This document shows, in pieces, positions 10,478-19,921 of a stretch of 54,527 nucleotides of DNA. The stretch is from NCBI GenBank assembly GCA_947623825.1, contig CANQHQ010000005.1, forward strand, positions 1 to 54,527, read 5' to 3'. The first letter of the stretch is position 1. Each line of letters starts with the position of its first letter. Under the pieces are notes generated by a model. It made no database searches. It worked only from the letters and a program-made list of their open reading frames with translations, and was not told where the DNA came from. This DNA is from an uncultured Bacilli bacterium. Lineage in GTDB: Bacteria; Bacillota_I; Bacilli_A; RF39; UBA660. The translations under genes were made by a program, and so were the position numbers.

Positions 10478-11488
10478 ATGAAAATATTGCTTTACGCAGA
10501 AGGATTGAAAACCATCGGAAAGAGTGGACTAGGAAAAGCGATTGAGCATCAGAAAAGAGCCTTGGAAGATGAAAAGATTCCTTATACGCTTAATCCCAAA
10601 GACGATTATGATATTTTACATATTAATACTTATTTTTTAAAATCTTATTTGCTTGCGAAGAAAGCCAAACGAAAAGGAAAAAAGATTGTCTACCATGCCC
10701 ATAGTACAGAGGAAGACTATAAAAATGGATTTATTTTGGCGAAGCAAACTGCGAAATTATTTAAATGGTGGTTAATTCGTTGTTATTCCTTGGGCGATGT
10801 TTTGATTACGCCGACACCTTATTCGAAACATTTATTAGAGGGATATCATGGCTTGGAACAGAAAAAAATTTACGATATTTCGAATGGAATCGATTTATCT
10901 TTTTTTGAACCGAATCCAGAATATGGGAAAGCCTTTCGTAAGAAATATGGATATTCCAAGAAGGATCGTGTGATTGTGGGAATTGGTCTTTATATTGAGC
11001 GAAAGGGAATTGTCGATTTTGTGGAGTTAGCAAGAAGGTTACCAGAATATCAATTTATTTGGTTTGGTTCTAGTCCTCTTTCGGCCGCTACGGCGAATGT
11101 GAGGGAAGCGGTTCATACAAAACTAGATAATCTTACTTTTGCGGGATATGTGGAACAAAACGAAATTCGCGATGCCTTGAACGGTTGTGATTTGTATTTG
11201 TTCCCGACGTTAGAAGAAACGGAAGGAATTCCGATTTTGGAAGCCTGTGCTTGTAAGGCCAATGCGATGATCCGGGATATTCCTATCTTTGCGACTTGGT
11301 TTCAAGATGGATATGATGTGTATAAAGCCAAAGATGTCGATGAATTCGAAACGAAGATTCGCTTATTTATGGAGGGAAAACTTCCTTCTCTTGTGGATCA
11401 AGCCGTTAAACAGGCAGAAGAGCGAGATATCAGGAAGGTTGGAAAAAAATTAAAACAAGTATATGAAGAAGTTCTCAAACAAAAATGA
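10478..11488 (+). CDS. GT4 glycosyltransferase (glycolipid synthase Dgs/CpoA-like)
   Basis: KSGLGKAIEHQ, HAHSTEEDY, ISNGID, RKG, EETEGIPILEA (Ex7E); RBS GGAGG before ATG10478. Confidence 0.88.
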   Translation: MKILLYAEGLKTIGKSGLGKAIEHQKRALEDEKIPYTLNPKDDYDILHINTYFLKSYLLAKKAKRKGKKIVYHAHSTEEDYKNGFILAKQTAKLFKWWLIRCYSLGDVLITPTPYSKHLLEGYHGLEQKKIYDISNGIDLSFFEPNPEYGKAFRKKYGYSKKDRVIVGIGLYIERKGIVDFVELARRLPEYQFIWFGSSPLSAATANVREAVHTKLDNLTFAGYVEQNEIRDALNGCDLYLFPTLEETEGIPILEACACKANAMIRDIPIFATWFQDGYDVYKAKDVDEFETKIRLFMEGKLPSLVDQAVKQAEERDIRKVGKKLKQVYEEVLKQK

Positions 11489-11508
11489 TAGAACTTCTTT
11501 TTTGTGAG

Positions 11509-11640
11509 AGCTGTGTTAAACAAAAGGACTCCAAGAATGTGATAAATTTCACTGCCAAAAACAGGCGGGGAGATTTCAGTATATACCCAAAATATAGGTA
11601 AATATCTAAAATTCCTTATCATACAAGGCTTTAGAGAACT
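11509..11640 (+). mobile_element. Orphan IS/MGE end remnant at the left edge of an AT-rich islet
   Basis: AGCTGTGTTAAACAAAAGGACT begins just after the GT4 terminator and is the inverted copy of 55-76. Internal dyad CCTT-atcatac-AAGG. No transposase follows. Confidence 0.4.
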
Positions 11641-11912
11641 CTAAAAATCTCTAGTTATCTATCAAAATAGTATGATTTTCATTTATTCGTGATCAAAGCG
11701 AAAGAGTCTGAGAATCATTTCGGTTGTTACGAAGTTAGTAATCTTTCTCTTTTTTTATCACTTCCAGATTTAGTTTCAGAGAAAAAAATAGGGGATATGA
11801 AAAATGATATCGTTTTCTATTAGGTATAAAATTTTTCAAAACATGGATGCTCCAATATATTATTCTTTAATAAAATATGATAGAATATGTTTTGGGAAGG
11901 GGTATTGTTCTA

Positions 11913-12926
11913 ATGAAAAAAATTTTTAAAAATAAGAAAGTGCTTATATGTTTGGTGATCCTGTTCGTGCTTATCATTTTAGGAAGTGGGATTACTTGTT
12001 ATTTCGTAATTAAAAATAAAAATAAACAGAATTCTAATCTTAAACCTAATGATCATTCCAGTGAAGTTATCGAAAAAAAAGAGACTGTCAAGGTGATTTT
12101 TGATGCTAATGGGGGAAGTGCTGTAGGAAGTTTAGAAATAGAAAAAGGTAGTATCATTGAGAAACCTGAGAATCCAACCAGAGAAGGATACCAATTTGTT
12201 TCATGGCTTTACAATGAAGAAGAATTTGATTTTACCACTTCTATTCAGGAAAATATAATACTAAAGGCAAAGTGGGAAAAGAAAGAAGAAGCGACGGATC
12301 CTTCAAGTAGTGGTTCCAATAAGCAAAATAATCTATCTGGAACAACTTCTGGCACAAGTTCTGGCACCAGTTCGTCTTCTTCCAATATTGATAAATTTAA
12401 TTTAAATGATAATGTTTCTGTTACATTCAATTTTATGAATTGGAGTCAACCTGGAGGCTATTATTTTATAACCAATATGGATTCTGTTTTACCACAATTA
12501 ACAGGGAAAAAAAGTATTACAGTTGGTTGGGATGAAGATAAAGTGGGAAATGGTATTGATGTCCTTCTTACTGATTGGGAAGATGCCCTACAAAAGTTTA
12601 CATTTGATACGGCGAAAGAAGAAAATGCCAAAGCGGTTTTCCAAAAAATTGAAAGTGCTAATCAACAAGGCATCCAATTTACTCCAAATATAAGTGACCA
12701 CCAATTTAGTTATAAATATACTTATCTAACGGTTAGTCATACTTCTTATCATTCTTTAAATTCTGCCTTTAAGGCAAACAAAAATAACTTACAAAATGAA
12801 ATTGATCGTACTTTTTCGGATGCAGTTTATGTAATTTTACCAGGTTATGGTGTTTATCCAAGTTATGATGAATTACTAACAGAAGAGATATGTAATGAAT
12901 ATCATTTAGTATGTAGTAAGTGGTGA
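11913..12926 (+). CDS. Membrane-anchored surface protein with an InlB B-repeat (Flg_new-like) domain and S/G/T-rich linker
   Basis: N-terminal TM; VIFDANGGS...PENPTREGYQFVSW...FDFTTSIQENIILKAKWE. Confidence 0.8.
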   Translation: MKKIFKNKKVLICLVILFVLIILGSGITCYFVIKNKNKQNSNLKPNDHSSEVIEKKETVKVIFDANGGSAVGSLEIEKGSIIEKPENPTREGYQFVSWLYNEEEFDFTTSIQENIILKAKWEKKEEATDPSSSGSNKQNNLSGTTSGTSSGTSSSSSNIDKFNLNDNVSVTFNFMNWSQPGGYYFITNMDSVLPQLTGKKSITVGWDEDKVGNGIDVLLTDWEDALQKFTFDTAKEENAKAVFQKIESANQQGIQFTPNISDHQFSYKYTYLTVSHTSYHSLNSAFKANKNNLQNEIDRTFSDAVYVILPGYGVYPSYDELLTEEICNEYHLVCSKW

Positions 12927-12932
12927 TAAAAA

Positions 12933-13880
12933 TTGAAAAAAGTTTTTATAGTTTTTTTAGTATTATTTTGTTTTGGAACTCTTCCTGTTTCAGCAGCAAC
13001 CAATCCCTATCCTAACACACAAACGATTAATGGAGCAAAAAGTGTTCCTTGTACAAGAGTGGTTTGGCAAGAAGTATATGATCGTTTAGGTATCGCTTTA
13101 CCAGGTGATTGGGGAAATGCTATTGATTGGCTCACAAGTGCAAAAAATGCTGGTTATCAAGTAGGAGAAGCACCAAAGGAAAATTCGATTGCTGTTTATT
13201 CCGGATTTTATGGATATGGTCATGTTGCCTATGTTCTAGATGTTCTAGATGGTTATATGCGTATAATGGAAGGTGGTGTTGTTGGAACTGAGAAAAGAGA
13301 TAGGACAACAAGTTATGAAATCGGTTCTGGTGATGGAATCTATTTAACTGGCTTTATCTATCTAGATGAAATTCCAAAACAACCATCAGGAAGTGCTAAT
13401 TCCAATTCAGGAACCAACTCAAATACTTCCAATTCTAGCAGTAATACAATAACGAAAAAAGATGGAAATAGTTATTTAAAATCATTAGAAATAGAAGGTG
13501 TTCCTATTTCCTTTCAAAAAGATACTTTTACCTATACTGTTACTCTTCCTTACGAAACAGAAAATATTGTAATAAAGGCAGAAGCGGAAGAAAGTACATC
13601 TACTATTCAAAAAGAGGATAGCTATTCATTAAATGTTGGAGAAAACGTTATCAGTATTAAATGTATTGCTGAAGATCAATCAATGAGTGAATATGTTCTT
13701 TATATTACAAGAGAAGAACCAAAAGAAGAAACAATAGAAGAACCATCCATTAAAGATAAAGAGTCGAAAGAAGAAAGAAAGATCAATTCTTTGGTTTGGA
13801 TTTTAGGTATTTCTTTTGTTAGTTTTCTTATCATAGGAATTATCATTTTCCTTTGCATAAAAAGAAAAAGAAAAAAATAA
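12933..13880 (+). CDS. CHAP-domain cell-wall hydrolase with cadherin-like beta-sandwich and C-terminal TM anchor
   Basis: Signal peptide; CT...WGNAIDW...YGHVAYV (Cys/His); YLKSLEIEG..F..DTFTYTV..LNVGENVISIKCIAED; TM plus basic tail. Confidence 0.85.
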   Translation: MKKVFIVFLVLFCFGTLPVSAATNPYPNTQTINGAKSVPCTRVVWQEVYDRLGIALPGDWGNAIDWLTSAKNAGYQVGEAPKENSIAVYSGFYGYGHVAYVLDVLDGYMRIMEGGVVGTEKRDRTTSYEIGSGDGIYLTGFIYLDEIPKQPSGSANSNSGTNSNTSNSSSNTITKKDGNSYLKSLEIEGVPISFQKDTFTYTVTLPYETENIVIKAEAEESTSTIQKEDSYSLNVGENVISIKCIAEDQSMSEYVLYITREEPKEETIEEPSIKDKESKEERKINSLVWILGISFVSFLIIGIIIFLCIKRKRKK

Positions 13881-13995
13881 AAGGGAATGTATTTAAGAAA
13901 AAAATATTATAATTTATATATAGTAATTATTACTATTGTATGGTTTAGAAAGTATCAAAATACGTAAAATTTTTTATGTAATCTAAAGATAAATA

Positions 13996-14023
13996 TTGAC
14001 GTGGGGGGGGGGTATGTTATTAT
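13996..14023 (+). promoter_or_regulatory. sigmaA promoter with a G10 tract in the spacer (candidate phase-variable)
   Basis: TTGACG-T-G10(14003-14012)-TATGT-TATTAT; spacer 16 nt. Confidence 0.7.
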
Positions 14024-14059
14024 AGTAATGTAGATATTATTGGAGAGGAGAGAAAATTT

Positions 14060-14998
14060 ATGAAAAAAGCAATAATGTTTATGATGGCATTATTCGTAGG
14101 TATGCTATGCGTAGTTCCTGTATATGCTGCTGAAGAACAATATGCCACGGTTAAAGACAACACTGCTACTGATAGTTTGATTGATGGTTTAAAACCTGAA
14201 GTTACAGTTAGCCCATCACATGAGATAGTTATTACTGTTTATGGAGGTACATACAAACTTCTTCCAGAAATCTCAGGAGTTGATCCTGCAAATCGTCCAG
14301 ACGGATATACTTGGGTTGGATTAGATTTTGTATTACCTGAAGGAACAACTGATGTTAAAATTGATACAACTAGTTATGATGATTCTGAATCAGGTGGTGA
14401 ATTTACTTTTACTGAGTGGTTTGGTTTCAACGATACTGACCTTTCAGAGGCAGCTAAAGAAAAGAAAAATTTAGAAAAGTCTTGGACATTAACTTGGAAG
14501 GATTCCGAAGAAGAAGAGCACACTCAAACTATTAGACTTATTGTTATACCTAGTAGTGTTGTTATAAAAGAACAAGACGGAGAAAACGAAGTATGGAATG
14601 AAGAAAAATATTTAGAAGAATCTAATCAAGAGAAGTTAGATTATGCTTACAGCTATACTTCTGAAGCAGCAGGATTTGAAAATCATGGTACATTGTATTA
14701 TGATGAAGGTACTACCAAAGAAGAGGTGGAGAATCAACTTCGTGAGTTAGTTAGTTCTGAATTTGAAAACCTTGTAATCGAAGGAATTTATAGTGATGAC
14801 GAAATGACTACTCCTTTTGACTTCAATACAGATTTAGGTGGAACGAAAATAGCTTATATTAAATTAGTTGATAAAGTAGTAGAAAATGAAGAAAATCCAT
14901 CTACGGGAGATAACGTATTAACTTACGCTATTATGGGGACTATTGCTCTAGTTGGTTCATTAGGAACTGCTCTTTACTTCAAAAAAGTAAATGAATAA
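14060..14998 (+). CDS. Acidic cell-wall-anchored protein (NPSTG sorting signal, probable class B sortase substrate)
   Basis: Signal peptide ending VYA-A; C-terminal ENPSTGD + hydrophobic helix + KK; RBS GAGGAG. Confidence 0.82.
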   Translation: MKKAIMFMMALFVGMLCVVPVYAAEEQYATVKDNTATDSLIDGLKPEVTVSPSHEIVITVYGGTYKLLPEISGVDPANRPDGYTWVGLDFVLPEGTTDVKIDTTSYDDSESGGEFTFTEWFGFNDTDLSEAAKEKKNLEKSWTLTWKDSEEEEHTQTIRLIVIPSSVVIKEQDGENEVWNEEKYLEESNQEKLDYAYSYTSEAAGFENHGTLYYDEGTTKEEVENQLRELVSSEFENLVIEGIYSDDEMTTPFDFNTDLGGTKIAYIKLVDKVVENEENPSTGDNVLTYAIMGTIALVGSLGTALYFKKVNE

Positions 14999-15006
14999 AA
15001 ATAACT

Positions 15007-15037
15007 AAAAGAGATGAATTTCAATTCACCTCTTTTT
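15007..15037 (+). terminator. Intrinsic terminator
   Basis: AAAAGAGATGAAT-ttca-ATTCACCTCTTTT hairpin. Confidence 0.6.
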
Positions 15038-15258
15038 GGTTGGGAAAAGTTAAAATTATAAGACCTTTTTAAGATCGATATCGATTTTATTACAGTGTTT
15101 TAGTAACTTCTTTGAAAGAAGTGTTACTATGATTATTGTTTTTCTTTGTATCATTTTTTCATATCACTCTCATAAAAAGTCTGTCGATAAAAAAAACTAT
15201 CCTTTTTTTGGCTTTTTTGATATACTGATATTAGTAGGATAAGAGAGGAGGAGATAGA

Positions 15259-16218
15259 ATGGTACAACGAGATAGTAGTATTCAAATTCTTCTTTCGATT
15301 TTAGGTGTGATTTCTTTAATTTTAGTTACTGTAGGAGTCAGTTTTGCTTTTTTTACTTATGAACAAGAAGTACAGATAGAAAATTATGGAAACAAAGGAA
15401 AAATTTCATTGATTTATGCGAAAAATATGTTTTCTGAACAAGGAATTCGTATCGATACGTTGGAGCCGGTCGATGATTTGTCTATCAAGACGTCGAATGA
15501 TTCTAAGTATGTTTTTGATTTTCGGATTGTAGGAACTTCTTCTGCGACGTTCGAAATTCCTTATGAAATTACGTTAAGAAAAAGTGAACTTTCTTTCTTG
15601 GATGAAAATTTTGTAAAAGTTTATTTGACAGAAATCGATGGAGAAGAAGAAGTAGATACGCCTTTTACGACGACGTTACAACAACCAAAAACATTTCAAG
15701 TATTGACGCAAACCGGTATGATTTCCGCCAATGAAGAAATTGAGAAAACGATTTATAAAGGGTTGATTCCTGCGAATCAAAAAAATTATGAAAAGAAATT
15801 TCGCTTGCGTCTTTGGGTTTCCTCTGATGCGATTCCTATGATGGAGAATCTTCTCCTTCAAAAAAAGGAAAATCAACCATTCTTTGATGTCAAACTGAAT
15901 GTGTATTCGGAAGCAACGACGGTGACGCAGGGAGAAACTGTCGAGGCGACCGCGATTACTTTAGATGCACCCGCACCGATGGTTGTGAATGGTACGCAGA
16001 CGATTCGAGCGACATTTACTCCGATTACGACTACCAATCAAACGTTGACGTGGACGAGTAGTCAACCAGAAGTTGTCTCTATCCTTCCTCAGGCAGATGG
16101 CACTGCTTTACTAACCGCCCATTCTTTGGGAACAGCCGTGATTCAAGCGACAAGTCAAAATGGAGTTTGTCAGAATATTTCGGTTACAGTGATTGATCCA
16201 AACCAACCGGTATCTTAG
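15259..16218 (+). CDS. Secreted/surface protein with a SipW-like signal segment and C-terminal bacterial Ig-like (Big_2) domain
   Basis: Hydrophobic N-terminus ending GVSFAFFTY; C-terminal ATFTPITTTNQTLTWTSSQPEVVSI...GTAVIQATS...ISVTV. Confidence 0.7.
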   Translation: MVQRDSSIQILLSILGVISLILVTVGVSFAFFTYEQEVQIENYGNKGKISLIYAKNMFSEQGIRIDTLEPVDDLSIKTSNDSKYVFDFRIVGTSSATFEIPYEITLRKSELSFLDENFVKVYLTEIDGEEEVDTPFTTTLQQPKTFQVLTQTGMISANEEIEKTIYKGLIPANQKNYEKKFRLRLWVSSDAIPMMENLLLQKKENQPFFDVKLNVYSEATTVTQGETVEATAITLDAPAPMVVNGTQTIRATFTPITTTNQTLTWTSSQPEVVSILPQADGTALLTAHSLGTAVIQATSQNGVCQNISVTVIDPNQPVS

Positions 16219-16222
16219 GAGC

Positions 16223-17350
16223 TTAGGCTCTTTTTTTTTGACTTTGATCGATATTCCAAATGATTCCCATCAAGAACATATAGGAAAGAAGAGAAGATCC
16301 ACCGTAACTGATGAACGGAAGCGTAATTCCTGTGATGGGAAGCATTCCTAGGGTCATTCCAATATTTTGAAATTGTTGATAGATGATCATCCCACTCGCA
16401 CCGATGACGAAAAGGGCATCTTCTGGTTTCTTGGCTTTTTTGGCAATTTCAAAAAGAGTGTAGTCAAAGAATAGAAGAAGCGCTAGAAAAAGACTACTTC
16501 CAATGAGTCCAAAGTTAGAAGCAAAAACAGAGAAAATAAAATCCGTTCCGGCTTCTGGAAAATAAAGAGGTGTCTCTTTCCAACCATGCCCGTAGAGTCC
16601 ACTAGAACCGATGGCAGTTAAAGAATTCTCCAGTTGCATTCCTGTTCCCTTTTTCCAATCGAGAAGTCGATCGACCCGATAAAATAAATCGGTTCCGAAC
16701 CAGTTGACCCATTGTTTTGGTTCATTAAAATACAAAAAGAGAAAGATAGAAGCGAAGAGAACGAGAAGCCCTCCACTTACAAAAAACCAACGTTTTCGAA
16801 GAGAAGAACAAAACAGAATGGTTCCACAAATAATAAAATATAAAAGAATGACGCCTGTATCCGGTTCTAGAAAAGTGAGAATACTAGGAAGTAAAAAGAG
16901 AAGAAAGACTTTTCCTATTAAGATTATTTCTTTTTGCCATCGTTTCTTCTTGGTCTTTTTTTTCATTTCTTGCGAGACCACGATACTTGTCGTTAAAATC
17001 AAAAAGACTTTCATAAACTCACTTGGTTGAAAAGAACCGAGACCAGGAATGACGAACCAACATTTACTACTGTTGATACTAGGAGCGAAAAATAAGAGTA
17101 AAAGTAAAAAAAGATTTCCTAAAAAATAAAAAACATAGTGATATTTTTTAATTGGTTCGTTTCCTATCTTCGCTAAAATGAAGATGAGAATTCCCCCAAC
17201 GAGATACCAGAGGAGTTGTTTTAGATAGAGTTCTCCTAATGAAGCCGAAAGATACTCTTGGGCACTTTGAATGGTAAGGATACTGATTACTAAAAAACAG
17301 AGTAGGCAAAAGACTAATTTTTTATTCCAGGTTTTCTTTGTTTTTGACAT
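16223..17350 (-). CDS. SEDS-family peptidoglycan polymerase (RodA/FtsW/SpoVE), RodA-like
   Basis: SFQPSEFMK, EPDTG, AIGSSGLYG, PEAGTDFIF, PITGITLPFISYGGSS. Confidence 0.9.
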   Translation of the reverse strand: MSKTKKTWNKKLVFCLLCFLVISILTIQSAQEYLSASLGELYLKQLLWYLVGGILIFILAKIGNEPIKKYHYVFYFLGNLFLLLLLFFAPSINSSKCWFVIPGLGSFQPSEFMKVFLILTTSIVVSQEMKKKTKKKRWQKEIILIGKVFLLFLLPSILTFLEPDTGVILLYFIICGTILFCSSLRKRWFFVSGGLLVLFASIFLFLYFNEPKQWVNWFGTDLFYRVDRLLDWKKGTGMQLENSLTAIGSSGLYGHGWKETPLYFPEAGTDFIFSVFASNFGLIGSSLFLALLLFFDYTLFEIAKKAKKPEDALFVIGASGMIIYQQFQNIGMTLGMLPITGITLPFISYGGSSLLSYMFLMGIIWNIDQSQKKRA

Positions 17351-17425
17351 AAAAATCCCTCTTTTTTAGTATTCTTTGTTTTAAAAAAAATATACCATTC
17401 ATACAGTATACTAAGGAGGAATTCT

Positions 17426-17740
17426 ATGAAGAAAGAATTGCCACATATTTATCAAAATACGATGGCGACCAAAGCGAATCGGAATAAAAACGTTTATCAT
17501 ATTCCACAGAAAGAAGAAAGGGAAACAGTCTCTTCTTTTCAAACCGTAGAAGAAAAATTGAAAAAATTATTTGGAAGTCGTCGTTATATTTTTAATATTG
17601 GAGTAGAAATTGTGACGGCGAAAAAAGTATATGATACGAAAATTGCGGGAAAAGTAAAAAACAGTATCGTGACTGTCGATGGCGATACGATTCCTATGAT
17701 TGAGATTCAAGATATCATTATAAAAGACCGTTTGTCTTAA
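17426..17740 (+). CDS. Small hypothetical protein, possibly sporulation-expressed
   Basis: Strong RBS AAGGAGG; upstream CATACAGT resembles a sigmaE -10. Confidence 0.7.
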   Translation: MKKELPHIYQNTMATKANRNKNVYHIPQKEERETVSSFQTVEEKLKKLFGSRRYIFNIGVEIVTAKKVYDTKIAGKVKNSIVTVDGDTIPMIEIQDIIIKDRLS

Positions 17741-17750
17741 ACGGCCTTTT

Positions 17751-18176
17751 TTATACACAATTGATGTAGGTATCTGCGAGGCATCGTAAAGCCCCTACGC
17801 AACTGAGATTGATGGTGAAGAATGCATCCGTTCCCACATAGGCACTTTCTGGAGTAGTCGTATCTGGATTTGGTGCCAAAACACGACATGTGCAACAGCA
17901 TCCTTCTACATTTTCGACACGTAGTACGCTACTTGTACCGGCGATTCCATTCAATGTGTAAGGTAGTGTCCATGCGAGTCCATCGCTACAACGATATAAT
18001 TCTACAGGACGCGTGTTGAAGCATATGGTTGTTGGAAGAGGTCCTAAAAAAGGACGATCGCATCCATCTTTTAAACAATCGAATTTATCACTGCGATTTT
18101 GAAGCGTTACGATGACTTTTAAGATACTGGCAATACAACAATCTTCGTTGGAATTTGGTCTTTCTTCTTGTGACAT
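17751..18176 (-). CDS. CotY/CotZ (ExsY)-family spore coat/crust protein
   Basis: Cys-rich; CCIASILKVI..LQ, NTRPVELY, LRVENVEGCCCTCRVL, FTINLSCVGALRCL; RBS AAGGAGG before ATG18176. Confidence 0.85.
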   Translation of the reverse strand: MSQEERPNSNEDCCIASILKVIVTLQNRSDKFDCLKDGCDRPFLGPLPTTICFNTRPVELYRCSDGLAWTLPYTLNGIAGTSSVLRVENVEGCCCTCRVLAPNPDTTTPESAYVGTDAFFTINLSCVGALRCLADTYINCV

Positions 18177-18254
18177 GGTCTTCCTCCTTTCTTCTCCTTT
18201 CGATAATCTAGACATAATTGTTGGTACGAATGAATCGAATTGGGTATTTCGTCA

Positions 18255-18293
18255 TTATCTACTATAAGATATTCTTTTTTTCTTCTTTTGGTG
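18255..18293 (-). promoter_or_regulatory. sigmaK-like promoter of the cotY/Z gene
   Basis: cACc-16 nt-AATATCTTATAGTAG; 19/21 identical to 21847-21867. Confidence 0.55.
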
Positions 18294-18360
18294 TATTATG
18301 ATTACCTAAAATCCCTTTTCATTTTGAAAGAAATATTGTATAATGAGTTTGGTGATAAAA

Positions 18361-18675
18361 ATGGATTATTTACAGTATATCATTATCGTTGTTGTTTTGG
18401 TGATTATGGCACTTGCCATTTTAAAATCTACCAGAAAAGATGCCCATCTAGAACTCAATAAATTGGTAGAGTATCTGGGAGGAAAGGAAAATATTGTTTC
18501 GACTGAAACGAATCTTTCTCGTTTTAAGGTTACTCTCAAAGATGTAGATATTGTCAATAAAGAGGCGATTCAGAAATTGGGTGCGAAGGGAATTGTAGAA
18601 ATTGATAATCAGTTAAAGATTATTTTAGGTCCAGAAAGTAAACAATTAAAAAAATATATCGACGATTTAAAATGA
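18361..18675 (+). CDS. Membrane-anchored PTS EIIB-like (glucose/sucrose family) protein lacking the phosphorylatable Cys
   Basis: N-terminal TM; LGGKENIVSTETNLSRFKVTLKD...LGAKG...LKIILG; canonical CxTRLR reads NLSRFK. Confidence 0.75.
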   Translation: MDYLQYIIIVVVLVIMALAILKSTRKDAHLELNKLVEYLGGKENIVSTETNLSRFKVTLKDVDIVNKEAIQKLGAKGIVEIDNQLKIILGPESKQLKKYIDDLK

Positions 18676-18700
18676 CAAAAAAGAAGAGATTTCTCTAAAA

Positions 18701-18717
18701 TTCGACAAAGTTCGACA
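18701..18717 (-). promoter_or_regulatory. Tandem Spo0A boxes
   Basis: TTCGACA-aag-TTCGACA, i.e. two perfect TGTCGAA on the minus strand with a 10-bp period, upstream of the kinase. Confidence 0.7.
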
Positions 18718-18751
18718 TAAAAAATACATATACTAGTCATGAAAGGGATGA

Positions 18752-19894
18752 TTGTATATGTATTTTTTTCGTGAAGTTTTGTTGACTGTTCTATTCATTG
18801 TAGGTAGTTATTTCGCTTATTTCTTTTGCAAACAAAAAGAGAAGGTATCCTATCGTTTCTTTTTATGGCTTGGCTTTCTTCTTTGTTTCTTTTACTGGAA
18901 TTCGATTCGTTTCTTTTTTCTCGATTTGTTTGTGTTACTTGCGTATGAAGAAGAGAAGAGGGAGGATGCGCTTTTCTTTTCTATTTTCACTTTGATTTCT
19001 TCTCTTTGGATTCCTCGTGCTTTTTTCTTTTCTCTTCTACTTTTTATGAGTTACGAAATCACCTTTCTTTTTCGTAAACATCGAAAGACTTCGGATTGGT
19101 TTCTAATTGAAAAGACTTTTCTTACGAGTCTTGCGTACTTTTCTTCTTCCTTCGTTTCTTTTTCTTCTTGTTTTTCCTTTGTCGTTCTTATTTTCTTGTT
19201 TTCCTATTTATTTTTAAGATTCCTTCCTCTTCTTTCGATGAATCTGGATTCTTCTTTGTCTTTTCTTGAAAATCAACTTTTTAAGATTACCCACGAAATT
19301 AAAAATCCTCTTTCTGTCTGTAAGGGATATTTGGATATGTTGGATGTCCATGAGGAAGAAAAAGTTAGGCGTTATCTACCGATTATTCAAAGTGAAATTT
19401 CGCGCGCATTAACGATTATGGATGATTTTATGAATCTACGATCGATGTCGATTGAAAAAGATATTATGGATTTATATTTGTTGGTGGAAGATACGAGTAG
19501 TACGATGTGTCCTTTCCTTGAAAAAGAAAAGGTTCAGCTCATTGTCCCAAAATTTCGGACCGAGTTATTTATTCTGGGAGATTATGATCGTTTAAAACAA
19601 GTTTTGATCAATTTAATCAAAAATGCGTACGAGGCTCATGCGGAAACGATTCGTTTAGAGACTCGTCGGAAAGGAAACTATGTCATGGTTGATTTAATCG
19701 ATAATGGAGATGGGATTTCCAAGGAAGATATGGGAAAAATCGGAGAATTGTTTTATACGACGAAGCCAAAGGGAAGCGGCGTGGGTGTTTCTCTTTCCAA
19801 GGAAATTATTCGTCTTCATCGAGGAGAAGTGAAGTATCAATCTATCGAAGGGAAGGGGACCAAAGTACGGATTACCCTTCCAGTCGAAATATAA
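18752..19894 (+). CDS. Orphan membrane sensor histidine kinase (sporulation-kinase-like)
   Basis: H box THEIKNPL, N box KQVLINLIKNAYEA, DNGDGI, FYTTKPKGSGVGV; multi-TM N-terminus; no adjacent response regulator. Confidence 0.88.
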   Translation: MYMYFFREVLLTVLFIVGSYFAYFFCKQKEKVSYRFFLWLGFLLCFFYWNSIRFFFLDLFVLLAYEEEKREDALFFSIFTLISSLWIPRAFFFSLLLFMSYEITFLFRKHRKTSDWFLIEKTFLTSLAYFSSSFVSFSSCFSFVVLIFLFSYLFLRFLPLLSMNLDSSLSFLENQLFKITHEIKNPLSVCKGYLDMLDVHEEEKVRRYLPIIQSEISRALTIMDDFMNLRSMSIEKDIMDLYLLVEDTSSTMCPFLEKEKVQLIVPKFRTELFILGDYDRLKQVLINLIKNAYEAHAETIRLETRRKGNYVMVDLIDNGDGISKEDMGKIGELFYTTKPKGSGVGVSLSKEIIRLHRGEVKYQSIEGKGTKVRITLPVEI

Positions 19895-19921
19895 AAACAC
19901 ATCCTTTTTTGGATGTGTTTT
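19894..19921. terminator. Bidirectional terminator between the kinase and def
   Basis: AAAACACATCC-tttttt-GGATGTGTTTT perfect stem between convergent genes. Confidence 0.75.

Noticed and set aside
10351-10545. 64-aa ORF from the track
   Set aside because: It overlaps tRNA-Glu and its terminator; spurious.
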